From the NCBI GenBank assembly GCA_964383365.1, contig CAYLHF010000017.1, positions 3,506 through 67,505 of the forward strand: 64,000 nt of DNA. Direction: 5' to 3'. This DNA is from an uncultured Rhodothermales bacterium. GTDB taxonomy: Bacteria > Bacteroidota > Rhodothermia > Rhodothermales > UBA10348. The notes beneath the pieces are model-generated. The model worked only from the letters and a program-made list of their open reading frames with translations, had not been told where the DNA came from and made no database searches. The translations under genes were made by a program, and so were the position numbers. Shown here one piece after another: positions 11,022-21,082 of this stretch. Position 1 is the stretch's first letter; each line of letters opens with the position of its first letter.

Positions 11022-12470
11022 ATGGCAGACACGCAGAAAGAACTGAGCCTTGAAGAAGTGGACTTCCACGCGGAGGAACCGCTCGTTCACGGCAATCTTT
11101 CTTTCCACGACATTACGGAACTGGTCTCCCACCACACGGAGAAAAAAACGCCTTTGGCATGGTATGCCTCGTTCTCTGTGGCAGTTATTGGACTGATGGT
11201 TCTTGGAATCACGGTCGCCTACCTGTTCTGGAACGGGATAGGGGTCTGGGGACTCAATAATCCTGTAGGATGGGGATGGGCCATCGTAAATTTTGTGTTC
11301 TGGGTCGGTATCGGTCATGCCGGAACGCTCATTTCTGCGATTCTATTCCTGTTCAGGCAGAAGTGGCGGACAGCCATCAATCGAACGGCGGAGGCGATGA
11401 CTATTTTTGCCGTCATCTGCGCGTTACTCTTCCCGACTATCCACGTCGGACGGGTTTGGGTCATTTTCTGGTCCATGCCGATTCCGAACCAGATGGATAT
11501 GTGGCCGCAGTTCAAGAGCCCTCTCCTCTGGGACGTGTTTGCCGTTTCTGTCTATTTTACGGTCTCTCTGATGTTCTGGTATGTCGGTCTCATCCCGGAT
11601 CTGGCGACATTGCGAGACAGAACCAGCAAGAAATTGAGGCGCAGGATACTGGGTCTGTTTTCGATGGGATGGACCGGCTCCAATCGTCACTGGCGTAATT
11701 ATGAGAAGGCCTATCTACTTCTGGCAGCTCTGGCAACGCCACTCGTTTTGTCTGTTCACTCGGTTGTGTCGTTCGACTTTGCCGTGTCCATCGTACCGGG
11801 CTGGCATTCCACCATTTTTCCACCATACTTCGTCGCAGGAGCCATTTTTTCAGGGTTCGCCATGGTTGTTACCCTGATGGTTGTCGCCCGGAAAGTATTC
11901 GGAATGGAAAATATCATCACGGTGAATCACCTCGAGAAGATGAACCTCGTCATCCTGATGACCGGGAGCATGGTTGGATTCGCCTATATCACGGAGTTTT
12001 TCATGGCCTGGTACTCCGGCGTACCGTACGAGCAGTATGCCTTCATCAATCGGGCATTTGGTCCCTACGCGTGGGCATACTGGACCATGATGAGTTGCAA
12101 TCTGGTCTTTCCGCAGTTTTTCTGGATAAAAAAACTTCGACGCAGCATCGGATTCATGTTCGTCATCTCCATTTTCGTCAACATCGGGATGTGGTTCGAG
12201 CGGTTCGTTATCACAGTGATATCACTTCATCGAGACTACCTCCCGAGTTCGTGGGATTATTACTCGCCGACGCTGGTCGATATGCTGACGCTTATTGGCT
12301 CGTTCGGCCTGTTCTTCACGTTGTTCCTTTTATTCCTCCGTTTCCTTCCGATGATTGCGGCGGCGGAAATAAAGAGCGTGCTTCCGCAGGCAGATCCTCA
12401 CTTTTATGAATATGCAGGCGATGGGCATAGCGCCGATCACCAGGTCGCAACTTCCGATTCCACAATGTAA
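11022..12470 (+). CDS. actC: Alternative complex III quinol-binding membrane subunit (NrfD/PsrC family)
   Basis: [55 protein letters not shown]; ATG at 11022 preferred over GTG at 11007. Confidence 0.95.
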   Translation: MADTQKELSLEEVDFHAEEPLVHGNLSFHDITELVSHHTEKKTPLAWYASFSVAVIGLMVLGITVAYLFWNGIGVWGLNNPVGWGWAIVNFVFWVGIGHAGTLISAILFLFRQKWRTAINRTAEAMTIFAVICALLFPTIHVGRVWVIFWSMPIPNQMDMWPQFKSPLLWDVFAVSVYFTVSLMFWYVGLIPDLATLRDRTSKKLRRRILGLFSMGWTGSNRHWRNYEKAYLLLAALATPLVLSVHSVVSFDFAVSIVPGWHSTIFPPYFVAGAIFSGFAMVVTLMVVARKVFGMENIITVNHLEKMNLVILMTGSMVGFAYITEFFMAWYSGVPYEQYAFINRAFGPYAWAYWTMMSCNLVFPQFFWIKKLRRSIGFMFVISIFVNIGMWFERFVITVISLHRDYLPSSWDYYSPTLVDMLTLIGSFGLFFTLFLLFLRFLPMIAAAEIKSVLPQADPHFYEYAGDGHSADHQVATSDSTM

Positions 12471-12522
12471 TCAGTCAGCAGATTGAAGCATTTGCAGACG
12501 ACGAACATGACGGATAGATACT

Positions 12523-13128
12523 ATGATTAAAGAATTATTCAGAGAGATCAAGGCTACGATGGGTATCTACGAGCCCGCGACGGACAACACGTACGGTCTA
12601 CTCGCAGAGTTTGCGGATCCGGCAGCCCTGTATCGGGCGGCACGGGCGACCAGTGAAGCCGGTTACAGCAAGTTTGACACCCACAGTCCGTTCCCCATTC
12701 ACGGTATGGACGGTGCCATGGGTATGGGAAATTCCAAAGTGGGTTTTATCACGGCAGGCGGAGCAGCTACGGGTCTGGCGCTGGCCACATGGATGCAATG
12801 GTGGATGGGTGCGGTGGACTATCCGATCAATATCAGTGGCAAACCGTTCTTTGCCATCGAACCATCGATACCTATCATGTTCGAACTGACTATTCTCTTC
12901 GCGGCGATTGCGACCGTTCTCGGGATGTTCGGACTTAATGGTCTGCCGAGACATTACAATCCGCTGTTTTATTCCAAGTCGTTCGCGAGAGTAACCGACG
13001 ATGCCTTCTTTCTCCATATTGCGGCCAGGGACGCCCGATTTGATCTCGATGCGACGAGGCACTTTCTGAGCGGGCTCGGAGCAACCGATGTAGAAGTCAT
13101 TCATGATTACGGTGATGCCGAAAAATGA
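12523..13128 (+). CDS. actD: Alternative complex III subunit D (DUF3341)
   Basis: THSPFPIHGMD, INISGKP, IPIMFELTILFA; position in the operon. Confidence 0.92.
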   Translation: MIKELFREIKATMGIYEPATDNTYGLLAEFADPAALYRAARATSEAGYSKFDTHSPFPIHGMDGAMGMGNSKVGFITAGGAATGLALATWMQWWMGAVDYPINISGKPFFAIEPSIPIMFELTILFAAIATVLGMFGLNGLPRHYNPLFYSKSFARVTDDAFFLHIAARDARFDLDATRHFLSGLGATDVEVIHDYGDAEK

Positions 13129-13775
13129 ACCGAACGATTAGTGGCTATACGCTAAAAATGAAATACGCAACAACAACGCCTTATTCTGCCCGACTTGGCC
13201 TGGCTTTGCTGACGGCCCTTGTTCTCGGTGGTTGCCAGGGATCAATTTCGGATAAGCCTCCGATCCATATCGTACCGAACATGGACTTTCAGGAGAAATT
13301 CGAGGCACAGGAGGCAAATCCTTTTTTTAAAGACGATATGGCCATGCGTCCGCCCGTAGAGGGTGTGGTAGCGCGTGGACATCTCAACGATGATCCGATG
13401 TTGTACACCGGAAAGAACGCCGATGGGACCTTCGTGAAGAAGATGCCCGTGCGTTTGACGACCGAGTTGATGGGGAGAGGGCGTGCGCGCTTCGAAATAT
13501 TCTGCTCGGTGTGTCACGGTTCTGCCGGTGATGGTAGAGGTATTATCATGACTGGCAACTATGGATATGTTCCGGCTCCGGACTTTCATACAGACGAGCG
13601 ACGGGCACGACCAGACGGGTTTTTCTTCGATGCGATGACGCGCGGTATCCGGACGATGCCACCGTACGCTGCTCAGGTTCCGGTTGCTGACCGATGGGCG
13701 ATTGTTGCCTATATCCGGGCATTACAGCGGAGTCAACACGCGGGAACGAACGATGTACCGGCAGAAGAACGATAG
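13125..13775 (+). CDS. actE: Alternative complex III monoheme cytochrome c lipoprotein
   Basis: Lipobox LGGC, single CSVCH, MPPYAAQVPVADRWAIVAYIRALQ. Confidence 0.92.
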   Translation: MNRTISGYTLKMKYATTTPYSARLGLALLTALVLGGCQGSISDKPPIHIVPNMDFQEKFEAQEANPFFKDDMAMRPPVEGVVARGHLNDDPMLYTGKNADGTFVKKMPVRLTTELMGRGRARFEIFCSVCHGSAGDGRGIIMTGNYGYVPAPDFHTDERRARPDGFFFDAMTRGIRTMPPYAAQVPVADRWAIVAYIRALQRSQHAGTNDVPAEER

Positions 13776-13839
13776 ACCGGTGACAATTTATTTGAACAGA
13801 AGTCAGGTCTGAGACCTGCGATTGAAAGGAACAGGATTT

Positions 13840-15099
13840 ATGTCGAATACAGTGAAGCGAAGCAATCCTTTCGTCTGGTTGATTGACCCCGTTCAATCTA
13901 CTGCCGATCGTGCGAGCGAGATGTACCGATTCAAGTGGTCTCCGGTCGCATGGATGCTACCGCTCGGTCTGGGAATAGCTGGCCTGACAATGAGTTCAGT
14001 AACCTGGCTCACGGATCCCGAGCAGTTTTATTTTTCCTATCTAATTGGATGGTCGTTCTGCCTGTCTCTGACGGTCGGTGCTCTCTTCTTCGTTTTGATT
14101 CAGCATCTCACCAAAGCCTATTGGAGTGTGGTCATCCGGCGGATATCGGAAGCGCTGATCTGGTCCTTTCCTCTGCTGGTCATTCTTGGTCTGCCAATTC
14201 TTTTCGGGATGCACGATCTGTATCACTGGTCACATGCAGAAGTAATCGATCCCACGAGCACGTCTTTTGATGAGGTACTTGCCGGGAAGAGTTCGTATCT
14301 CAATGTCCCATTTTTTCTGGGACGAATGATATTCTACTTCCTCGTATGGACGTTTATCTCGTTTCGTCTCTATACGTTGAGCATCAGGCAGGACGTAGAT
14401 GGTGGTACGGATATTCCGGCCCGTCAGCGTAGTGTGAGTTCGTGGGGACTCGCGATCACCGCTGTGACCACCTCGTTCGCGTCGTTCGATATACTGATGT
14501 CGTTGTCTCCCCACTGGTTTTCGACCATTTTCGGCATCTATTTTTTTGGTGGTTCTTTCATGAGCGTCATGGCCGTCATGGCACTGGTAGCCATGATTCT
14601 GCAACAGAAAGGCATGTTGTCGTCAGTCGTCACTACCGAACATTACCAGGATCTCGGTAAATTTTTATTCGGATTCATTGTGTTCTGGGCATACATCGCC
14701 TTTAGTCAATACATGCTGATCTGGTACGGAAACCTTCCGGAGGAGACGATTTTTTATCGCGAGAGGCTGGAGAATGGCTGGCAGATCGTCAGTGCCGTTT
14801 TACTCATTGCCCACTTTATCATCCCGTTTCTCGTGTTGCTCTCAAGAACAGCAAAGAGAGTCCTTCCGGTACTCGCTTCGATGTGTATCTGGATGCTTGT
14901 CATGCACTGGTTCGATTTTTACTGGCTCGCGATGCCGGTGTTACACGAAGACGCAGCATTCCACCTGGTCGATTTAACCGCGTGGATCGGGTTGTCTGGA
15001 ATATTTTTTGGCTCGCTGATGTTTCGCCTGAGTCGGCACAGTCTGGTACCGGAGCAAGATCCTCGGCTGTCGCAATCCCTCTCATTTACTAATTCCTGA
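13840..15099 (+). CDS. actF: Alternative complex III membrane subunit F
   Basis: About 10 TM; DILMSLSPHWFSTIFG, HYQDLGKFLFGF, FSQYMLIWYGNLPEET. Confidence 0.92.
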   Translation: MSNTVKRSNPFVWLIDPVQSTADRASEMYRFKWSPVAWMLPLGLGIAGLTMSSVTWLTDPEQFYFSYLIGWSFCLSLTVGALFFVLIQHLTKAYWSVVIRRISEALIWSFPLLVILGLPILFGMHDLYHWSHAEVIDPTSTSFDEVLAGKSSYLNVPFFLGRMIFYFLVWTFISFRLYTLSIRQDVDGGTDIPARQRSVSSWGLAITAVTTSFASFDILMSLSPHWFSTIFGIYFFGGSFMSVMAVMALVAMILQQKGMLSSVVTTEHYQDLGKFLFGFIVFWAYIAFSQYMLIWYGNLPEETIFYRERLENGWQIVSAVLLIAHFIIPFLVLLSRTAKRVLPVLASMCIWMLVMHWFDFYWLAMPVLHEDAAFHLVDLTAWIGLSGIFFGSLMFRLSRHSLVPEQDPRLSQSLSFTNS

Positions 15100-15115
15100 T
15101 TCTCGCAGGTAGATT

Positions 15116-15442
15116 ATGGATAAGTCAACATCGGTAGGATTCGAATCCGAGTCGGTCAGTGCGAATGCAGTTCTGCGTATGGTACTGGGGGTTTTTGTAT
15201 TCATCGCGATCATACTGGCGGTGGTACTCCAGGTCGCAAGAATCAAATTTGAAGATGCCAAGACAGAGGCTACAACCATTTCTGGCTATCCTCTACTCAG
15301 AGAAACGCGTGCTGCATCTGCCGCTCGTCTATCCGGCTACGTGCCCATAGATCGGGATGGTGGTATCTATCAGATTCCCATCGACCGTGCCATGGAGTTG
15401 GTCGTTCAGGATGCAGCTAAGGAAGCCGGTACCAGAAACTAG
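15116..15442 (+). CDS. Small single-TM ACIII accessory subunit (ActG-like)
   Basis: One TM helix, C-terminal YQIPIDRAMELVV; lies between actF and SCO. Confidence 0.7.
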   Translation: MDKSTSVGFESESVSANAVLRMVLGVFVFIAIILAVVLQVARIKFEDAKTEATTISGYPLLRETRAASAARLSGYVPIDRDGGIYQIPIDRAMELVVQDAAKEAGTRN

Positions 15443-15459
15443 GTTTTGGACGAAAAAGA

Positions 15460-16347
15460 ATGCCGACAGGTAGCCGCATAGTAATGAATCGAACTTCCGC
15501 TCGTACGCGGAGTCTCGGGTTTTTCTTCTGGATGATCCTGGCTGTCGGGCTCGTCACCCGGAGCGCCTCGGCTCAGGACGATTCAGCAGCGTCCGATCTC
15601 CCCCCTGTATTCGATGGCGTAGGAATCGACGAGAAACTTGGCGGGATGATTCCAATGGATCTCGAGTTTTACGATGAGAACGGATCGGCCATTCACATCG
15701 GAGATTATTTCACCGGCGACAGACCGGTCATTCTGAATCTGGTCTATCACAATTGTCCGATGCTCTGCAACATCATGTTGGAGAGTTTTACGAAGACGGT
15801 TCGTGACATGGAATTTTCACCGGGTTCGGAATTCGACATACTGACGGTCAGCTTTTCAGCGATCGAGACTCCTGATCTGGCCATGCGGCAGAAAGAACGC
15901 TATCTCGATATCCTTGATCGGGACGGGGCCGCGGACGGATGGCATTTCCTTACCGGGAGGGACGAAAATATCAAAAAGTTGGCCGCGTCGGTAGGATTTC
16001 GTTTCCGGTACGTTGAGGAGACGCGCGAGTTTGCGCATCCAGCGGCGCTCATATTTCTTTCTGATTCAGGTACCATTACGCGCTACATTCACGGTATGAG
16101 CTTTCCGAAGCAAGATGTTCGAAGAGCAATTGTTGAAGCATCAGAGGGTCGGGTCGGATCGACGGTCGATCAGATTTTTCTCTTCTGTTACCGGTACGAC
16201 GTAACGGCTAACTCGTACGTATTACAGGCCACGAGATTAATGAGGCTCGGTGGTTTTCTAACACTTCTCGTCGTCGTCACAGGATTATTCTTGTTCTGGC
16301 GCAGGGAAAGACACAGGCAGGTGGCAACATCTGCTGCCCACTCATGA
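15460..16347 (+). CDS. SCO1/SenC family copper chaperone
   Basis: YHNCPMLC (CxxxC), WHFLTG, FAHPAAL, C-terminal TM; start may be ATG at 15484. Confidence 0.9.
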   Translation: MPTGSRIVMNRTSARTRSLGFFFWMILAVGLVTRSASAQDDSAASDLPPVFDGVGIDEKLGGMIPMDLEFYDENGSAIHIGDYFTGDRPVILNLVYHNCPMLCNIMLESFTKTVRDMEFSPGSEFDILTVSFSAIETPDLAMRQKERYLDILDRDGAADGWHFLTGRDENIKKLAASVGFRFRYVEETREFAHPAALIFLSDSGTITRYIHGMSFPKQDVRRAIVEASEGRVGSTVDQIFLFCYRYDVTANSYVLQATRLMRLGGFLTLLVVVTGLFLFWRRERHRQVATSAAHS

Positions 16348-16384
16348 TTCCTAATTTTTTACAATAGACTCTATCCACCGCACA

Positions 16385-17314
16385 ATGGGCGAGAGCGGAT
16401 CATTCTGGCTTCCTGACGCCATGTCTACACTGGCACCCGAAGTCGACTCTCTTTTTTACTTCGTCGTCTGGGCGAGTACGATCATTTTCATTGCGGTCAT
16501 CGCTGCCATGGTCTATTTCATGGTTCGATATCGGAGGAAAAGCGAAGCCTTCGTTCCGATTCCGGAACCGGAGAATCGTCTTCTGGAGATGACCTGGATT
16601 GTACTCCCGACCATTCTTACGATGATTGTGTTCACGTGGGGATTCAAGGTATTCGTCCGGTTGAGTACGCCACCACCGGATGCATATCAGATTACCGTCC
16701 GGGCTCAGCAGTGGGCGTGGAATTTTGAATATCCCAACGGGGCTTCCTCTACTAACGAACTGTACGTTCCGGTCGGGACACCGGTGAAGCTCAATATGAG
16801 CAGCACGGACGTCATACACAGTTTTTTCGTCCCTGACTTCCGGATCAAACAGGATGTACTCCCCAACCGGTATACATCGGTCTGGTTTGAGGCAATTGAC
16901 CAGGGCGATTTTCAGGTCTATTGTACGGAGTATTGCGGTACACAGCACTCGGGTATGTTGGCGACGATTCATGTCGTTACGCAAACGGAGTTCGATACGT
17001 GGTTGGATTCCCAGAATCAGGATCTCCCGCCAGTTGAGCTGGGAGAACGGCTTTTTGCACAGTGCAGTGTCTGCCATTCGACGGCTGGCATTCGCATAGT
17101 CGGTCCTCCGCTAAATGGAATATTTGGTCAGGAAAGGACATTCGATGACGGTTCTACCGGCACAGTCGATGACGATTATCTCCACGAGTCCATCGTCTCG
17201 CCGAGTGCCAAGATTGTAGCCACGTACCCCAATGCCATGCCTGCAACCTTCGGTGCATCCCTCTCCCCGAAAGAGGTGGATGGACTGATCGCTTATATCA
17301 AGTCAATGGAGTGA
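16385..17314 (+). CDS. coxB: Cytochrome c oxidase subunit II with fused cytochrome c domain (caa3 type)
   Basis: CuA ligands DVIHSF and CTEYCGTQHSGM; C-terminal CSVCH and MP heme c domain. Confidence 0.95.
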   Translation: MGESGSFWLPDAMSTLAPEVDSLFYFVVWASTIIFIAVIAAMVYFMVRYRRKSEAFVPIPEPENRLLEMTWIVLPTILTMIVFTWGFKVFVRLSTPPPDAYQITVRAQQWAWNFEYPNGASSTNELYVPVGTPVKLNMSSTDVIHSFFVPDFRIKQDVLPNRYTSVWFEAIDQGDFQVYCTEYCGTQHSGMLATIHVVTQTEFDTWLDSQNQDLPPVELGERLFAQCSVCHSTAGIRIVGPPLNGIFGQERTFDDGSTGTVDDDYLHESIVSPSAKIVATYPNAMPATFGASLSPKEVDGLIAYIKSME

Positions 17315-17374
17315 TTTTCACGGGCAGGTTGTCACGTCCGTGTCTTGTTAAACTGGTTAATAGAAGTGAGTGAA

Positions 17375-19057
17375 ATGAGTGTCATAGCGTCTCCGAGCGG
17401 AGGAGCAATCAACTATCTGAACCACGATAAGTCCATCATGTCGTGGTTGGGGACGAAAGATCACAAGCGGATCGGGATCATGTATCTTATCGCGGTCAGT
17501 CTGGCATTCCTTGCGGGAGGAATTCTGGCTGTTCTGGTCCGCCTTGAGTTACTGGGCCCGGGTGAGACGATCATGAGTGCCGATTCATACAATCAGGCGT
17601 TCACCATTCACGCGGTTCTGATGATTTTCGCGTTTATCATCCCCGCCATTCCGGCAGCGATGGGTAATTTTGTCCTTCCGATGCAGTTGGGGGCGAAGGA
17701 CGTTGCCTTTCCGCGGCTTAATCTGGCCAGCTTCTATATTTATCTGATTGGAGCGGTCATTGCGTTGAGTGCGCTGCTCGTCGGTAGAATCGATGGCGGT
17801 TGGACGTTTTATGCTCCATACTCGGAACGGGTTGGAGACAGCATATTGTTCGTCACAACCGGCGTATTCGTGATGGGATTTTCGTCGATATTGACGGGAC
17901 TGAATTTTATCGTCACGGTCCACAAAATGAGGACTCCGGGGCTTACGTGGACTCGCCTTCCGCTATTCGTCTGGGCGCTTTATGCAACCGGGATCGTTCA
18001 GGTGCTGGCTACGCCGGTAATTGGTATTACGATGGTCTTGCTCTTTCTGGAGCGTGCGATGGCCATTGGCATTTTCGATCCCGCACTCGGTGGAGATCCC
18101 GTGCTGTTCCAGCACTTCTTCTGGTTTTATTCGCATCCGGCTGTATACATCATGATTCTGCCGGCTTTCGGTATTATATCAGAAATTGTCGGAACGTTCT
18201 CGCGGCATCGCGTCGTCGGGTATAAGTTCATTGCTCTCTCGTCGATCGCTATCGCCTTTCTCGGATTCCTGGTCTGGGGACATCATATGTTCGTCTCCGG
18301 GCAGAGCGCCCTGTCGTCTACCATATTTTCTCTGATTACCTATCTGATCGGAATTCCCACCGGAATCAAGGTGATTAATTGGGTTTCAACGCTACACAAG
18401 GGGTCTATTTCATTCAAAACACCCATGTTGTATGCGCTGATGTTTCTATTCACATTCAGCATCGGTGGATTTACGGGAATTATGCTGGGCGTATTGGCTG
18501 TGGATGTGCATCTGCACGACACATATTTCGTGGTCGCTCATTTCCACTATGTGATGATGGGAGGCAACGTAATTGCCGCCCTCGGTGGGTTGCATTACTG
18601 GTGGCCCAAGATGACCGGAAAGATGTACAGCGAGATGCTGGGCAAAGTAGCAGCATTCCTGGTTTTCGTTGGTTTTAACCTGACGTTCTTTCCACAGTTT
18701 ATTGCCGGGACGCAGGGAATGCCGAGACGGTACTACGACTATCTTCCGGAATTCGAGTCCATGATGAAGTTGTCCACGTATGGGTCCTGGGTGCTCGCTG
18801 CCGGTCTTCTACTGATTGCCGGTTATTTGCTTTCCTCTCTCGTCAATGGAAAAAAGGCGTCCACCAACCCGTGGAAATCGTTGACGCTGGAGTGGACACA
18901 CACTTCTGTTATGCCGCATCCGCATAATTTTGAAGAGACACCGATTGTCACTCGTGGTCCGTACGATTATCACCTGGCTCCGGAGATTTTCCAGGATGTC
19001 AACAGTGGCGATGGACATCCTCGAGTCACGCCCCCGATCGAATCCAGTCCCGTTTAA
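17375..19057 (+). CDS. coxA: Cytochrome c oxidase subunit I, type A2
   Basis: [34 protein letters not shown]; start placed at an ATG near 17375 rather than ORF-track TTG 17345. Confidence 0.95.
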   Translation: MSVIASPSGGAINYLNHDKSIMSWLGTKDHKRIGIMYLIAVSLAFLAGGILAVLVRLELLGPGETIMSADSYNQAFTIHAVLMIFAFIIPAIPAAMGNFVLPMQLGAKDVAFPRLNLASFYIYLIGAVIALSALLVGRIDGGWTFYAPYSERVGDSILFVTTGVFVMGFSSILTGLNFIVTVHKMRTPGLTWTRLPLFVWALYATGIVQVLATPVIGITMVLLFLERAMAIGIFDPALGGDPVLFQHFFWFYSHPAVYIMILPAFGIISEIVGTFSRHRVVGYKFIALSSIAIAFLGFLVWGHHMFVSGQSALSSTIFSLITYLIGIPTGIKVINWVSTLHKGSISFKTPMLYALMFLFTFSIGGFTGIMLGVLAVDVHLHDTYFVVAHFHYVMMGGNVIAALGGLHYWWPKMTGKMYSEMLGKVAAFLVFVGFNLTFFPQFIAGTQGMPRRYYDYLPEFESMMKLSTYGSWVLAAGLLLIAGYLLSSLVNGKKASTNPWKSLTLEWTHTSVMPHPHNFEETPIVTRGPYDYHLAPEIFQDVNSGDGHPRVTPPIESSPV

Positions 19058-19096
19058 GTGTTAAACATCATTCTACTTACAGACGCTCAGTAACTC

Positions 19097-19780
19097 ATGG
19101 CATCTTCGACTGCGAGTCATAGCGATCATGCTTCCCATCTTCAGCATCATTTTGTCACATCCGACCAACAGTTCGATGCGTCAAAGATGGGCATGTGGCT
19201 CTTTCTTATTACGGAAATTCTACTTTTCAGCGGGATGTTCGTCACGTATACGGTATTTCGGGTCTGGCATCCCGAGGTATTCGAGCATTCGGCGGAATTA
19301 CTGGACTGGCGACTCGGCGGTCTGAATACGCTGGTTCTCCTGGCATCTTCTTTTACCGTTGCACTGGGAATACATTTTGTCCAGGTTGGAAACCGGAAGG
19401 GACTGATTATCAACATCGTGCTGACGATCCTGTTCGCCGCAATATTCATGACGGTGAAGTACTTCGAGTACACTGGAAAGTGGGCGCATGGTGTGTATCC
19501 GGGGGCAGCCTTTGCTCCTCATGGGGTTGCGAGCGGTCACAATTATGCTGATTTTGACATCCCGTTCGCTGCTCAATTTTTCAGCATTTATTTCGTTATG
19601 ACGGGGATCCACGGATTTCACGTCCTGATCGGAATGGGACTGTTCTTATGGCTCGTCTTCAGGGCCTTTCGGGGAGATTTTTCGCCCGAATATTATACGC
19701 CCGTGGAGTTGACCGGCCTGTACTGGCACCTGGTCGATATCATCTGGATATTTCTTTTTCCGCTCCTGTATCTCATCTAG
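19097..19780 (+). CDS. coxC: Cytochrome c oxidase subunit III
   Basis: GMWLFLITEILLF, TGIHGFHV, GLYWHLVDIIWIFLFPLLY. Confidence 0.95.
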   Translation: MASSTASHSDHASHLQHHFVTSDQQFDASKMGMWLFLITEILLFSGMFVTYTVFRVWHPEVFEHSAELLDWRLGGLNTLVLLASSFTVALGIHFVQVGNRKGLIINIVLTILFAAIFMTVKYFEYTGKWAHGVYPGAAFAPHGVASGHNYADFDIPFAAQFFSIYFVMTGIHGFHVLIGMGLFLWLVFRAFRGDFSPEYYTPVELTGLYWHLVDIIWIFLFPLLYLI

Positions 19781-19825
19781 TACGCGGGTTACCGGCTCTC
19801 CGGGATCCGAAAGACACTCTATTCG

Positions 19826-20179
19826 ATGTCACACGCCGAACATCATATTACACCCATTAAGACACTGGTCCAGGTCATCGTTGCGCTGGCTTTTCTGACT
19901 ATTCTGACCGTGATCATGGCCCAGGTAGACCTTGGTATACTGCACGTTCCGATGGCGCTTCTCATTGCCGGAATCAAGGCTACGCTGGTGGTTTTGATCT
20001 TTATGGGACTTCGTCATGACAACCGGGTGAACGCACTTATCTTCGCCATGGGAGCAATATTCGTGGTCGTTTTTCTCGCGTTTACACTCTTTGATACGGC
20101 GTTCCGGGGCGATCTACCGAGTACGACTGAAGGAACGATTATGGAGCAGCAGGCACCGGCTTCTCAGCACGCTCGGTAG
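19826..20179 (+). CDS. coxD: Cytochrome c oxidase subunit IV (prokaryotic)
   Basis: Three TM; IAGIKATLVVLIFMGLRHD. Confidence 0.88.
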   Translation: MSHAEHHITPIKTLVQVIVALAFLTILTVIMAQVDLGILHVPMALLIAGIKATLVVLIFMGLRHDNRVNALIFAMGAIFVVVFLAFTLFDTAFRGDLPSTTEGTIMEQQAPASQHAR

Positions 20180-20271
20180 CGTCTGGGACAAACCGGATTC
20201 TCAGCACGCTCGGTAGCGTCTGGGACAAACCGGATTCTCAGCACGCTCGGTAGTGTCTCAGGCAAACCGGA
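20161..20271. repeat. Tandem 37-bp repeat, 3 copies (2 identical, 1 degenerate)
   Basis: TTCTCAGCACGCTCGGTAGCGTCTGGGACAAACCGGA at 20161 and 20198; variant TTCTCAGCACGCTCGGTAGTGTCTCAGGCAAACCGGA at 20235; no spacers. Confidence 0.95.
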
Positions 20272-20308
20272 TTCCCCGTCGCAACCCCTATGGTCACAAT
20301 CGTACCGA

Positions 20309-20336
20309 GAAGCAGGCAAAGATAAAACCCTGCTTC
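20309..20336. terminator. Inverted repeat between convergent genes, possible terminator
   Basis: GAAGCAGG-N12-CCTGCTTC between coxD and the nucleosidase-like gene; no clear U-tract. Confidence 0.35.
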
Positions 20337-20372
20337 GATGAGCTGAAACAGAGAAGGAACCAGTGCCGAGGC

Positions 20373-20984
20373 TCAATCTGAAAACAGCTTCGAGACGTTC
20401 TTGGAAAGATAGCCTGCCAGTTTCTTATTGGAAGCGGCCAACGTTTTCCTGAGATTCTTATCCTCAACGCCCATGTGACCGCTGACCACTTTCAGTACGT
20501 GGCACCCGACGCCGTGCGTAGCGGCGACGTACGCGACGGCATATCCCGTCATGTCACTCACGTCAGCGATGCGCTGCCAGTAACTGAGTTCCGTAGCGCC
20601 GTGAACGGTGTGGTCCTGGGTCACGAGTGTGACCGACTCCAGTTTCGGGAAAGGTGCCGACAGCGGCATCCTGGGATAGGTCGGTGCGGCCAGTTCTATC
20701 CGGTCGCCCTCGAATACCTGGGTTGCAGCTACGAGCGTTCCTACTGACAGCGTTTCGACCAGGGACGTGCACGTCCCGACATGAAGAAGTTTGGAGAATC
20801 GATGAGTTCGCGCAAGTCGTTCCGTTCGGAGCGTGGCCTTGATTTTCCCGATGCCAATGATCGAAATCAGGCACTGTCCATCATGCTGTTCCTCGCCCTC
20901 AGAGAGTCCGTTAAACCGTCCGCGTTCGTACGCCTGTAAAAATGGAAGGGCTTCTTCCTGTGTAGAAAAGACAATCCCGATCAT
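20373..20984 (-). CDS. MTA/SAH nucleosidase-fold (PNP_UDP_1) protein, degenerate active site
   Basis: IGIGKIKA, LLHVGTC, LVTQD, SDMTGYAVAYVA, KVVSG match the MTAN scaffold order. Confidence 0.75.
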   Translation of the reverse strand: MIGIVFSTQEEALPFLQAYERGRFNGLSEGEEQHDGQCLISIIGIGKIKATLRTERLARTHRFSKLLHVGTCTSLVETLSVGTLVAATQVFEGDRIELAAPTYPRMPLSAPFPKLESVTLVTQDHTVHGATELSYWQRIADVSDMTGYAVAYVAATHGVGCHVLKVVSGHMGVEDKNLRKTLAASNKKLAGYLSKNVSKLFSD

Positions 20985-21082
20985 GAATTAGAATTTCGGT
21001 TGAGTGATGAGTTATCTTACGCGACCGCACGGCACCTGAGGAGGCGCCATAATACGTCAGAAAAACCATTGTATGCGACGGT

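Noticed and set aside
20161-20271. CRISPR array (37-bp palindromic repeats)
   Set aside because: Units are head-to-tail with no spacers, and there are no cas genes or leader nearby
20985-21082. SAM riboswitch upstream of metF
   Set aside because: Short divergent gap; no SAM-I AUC..GAU/kink-turn core, only a weak GGCACC/GGCGCC hairpin
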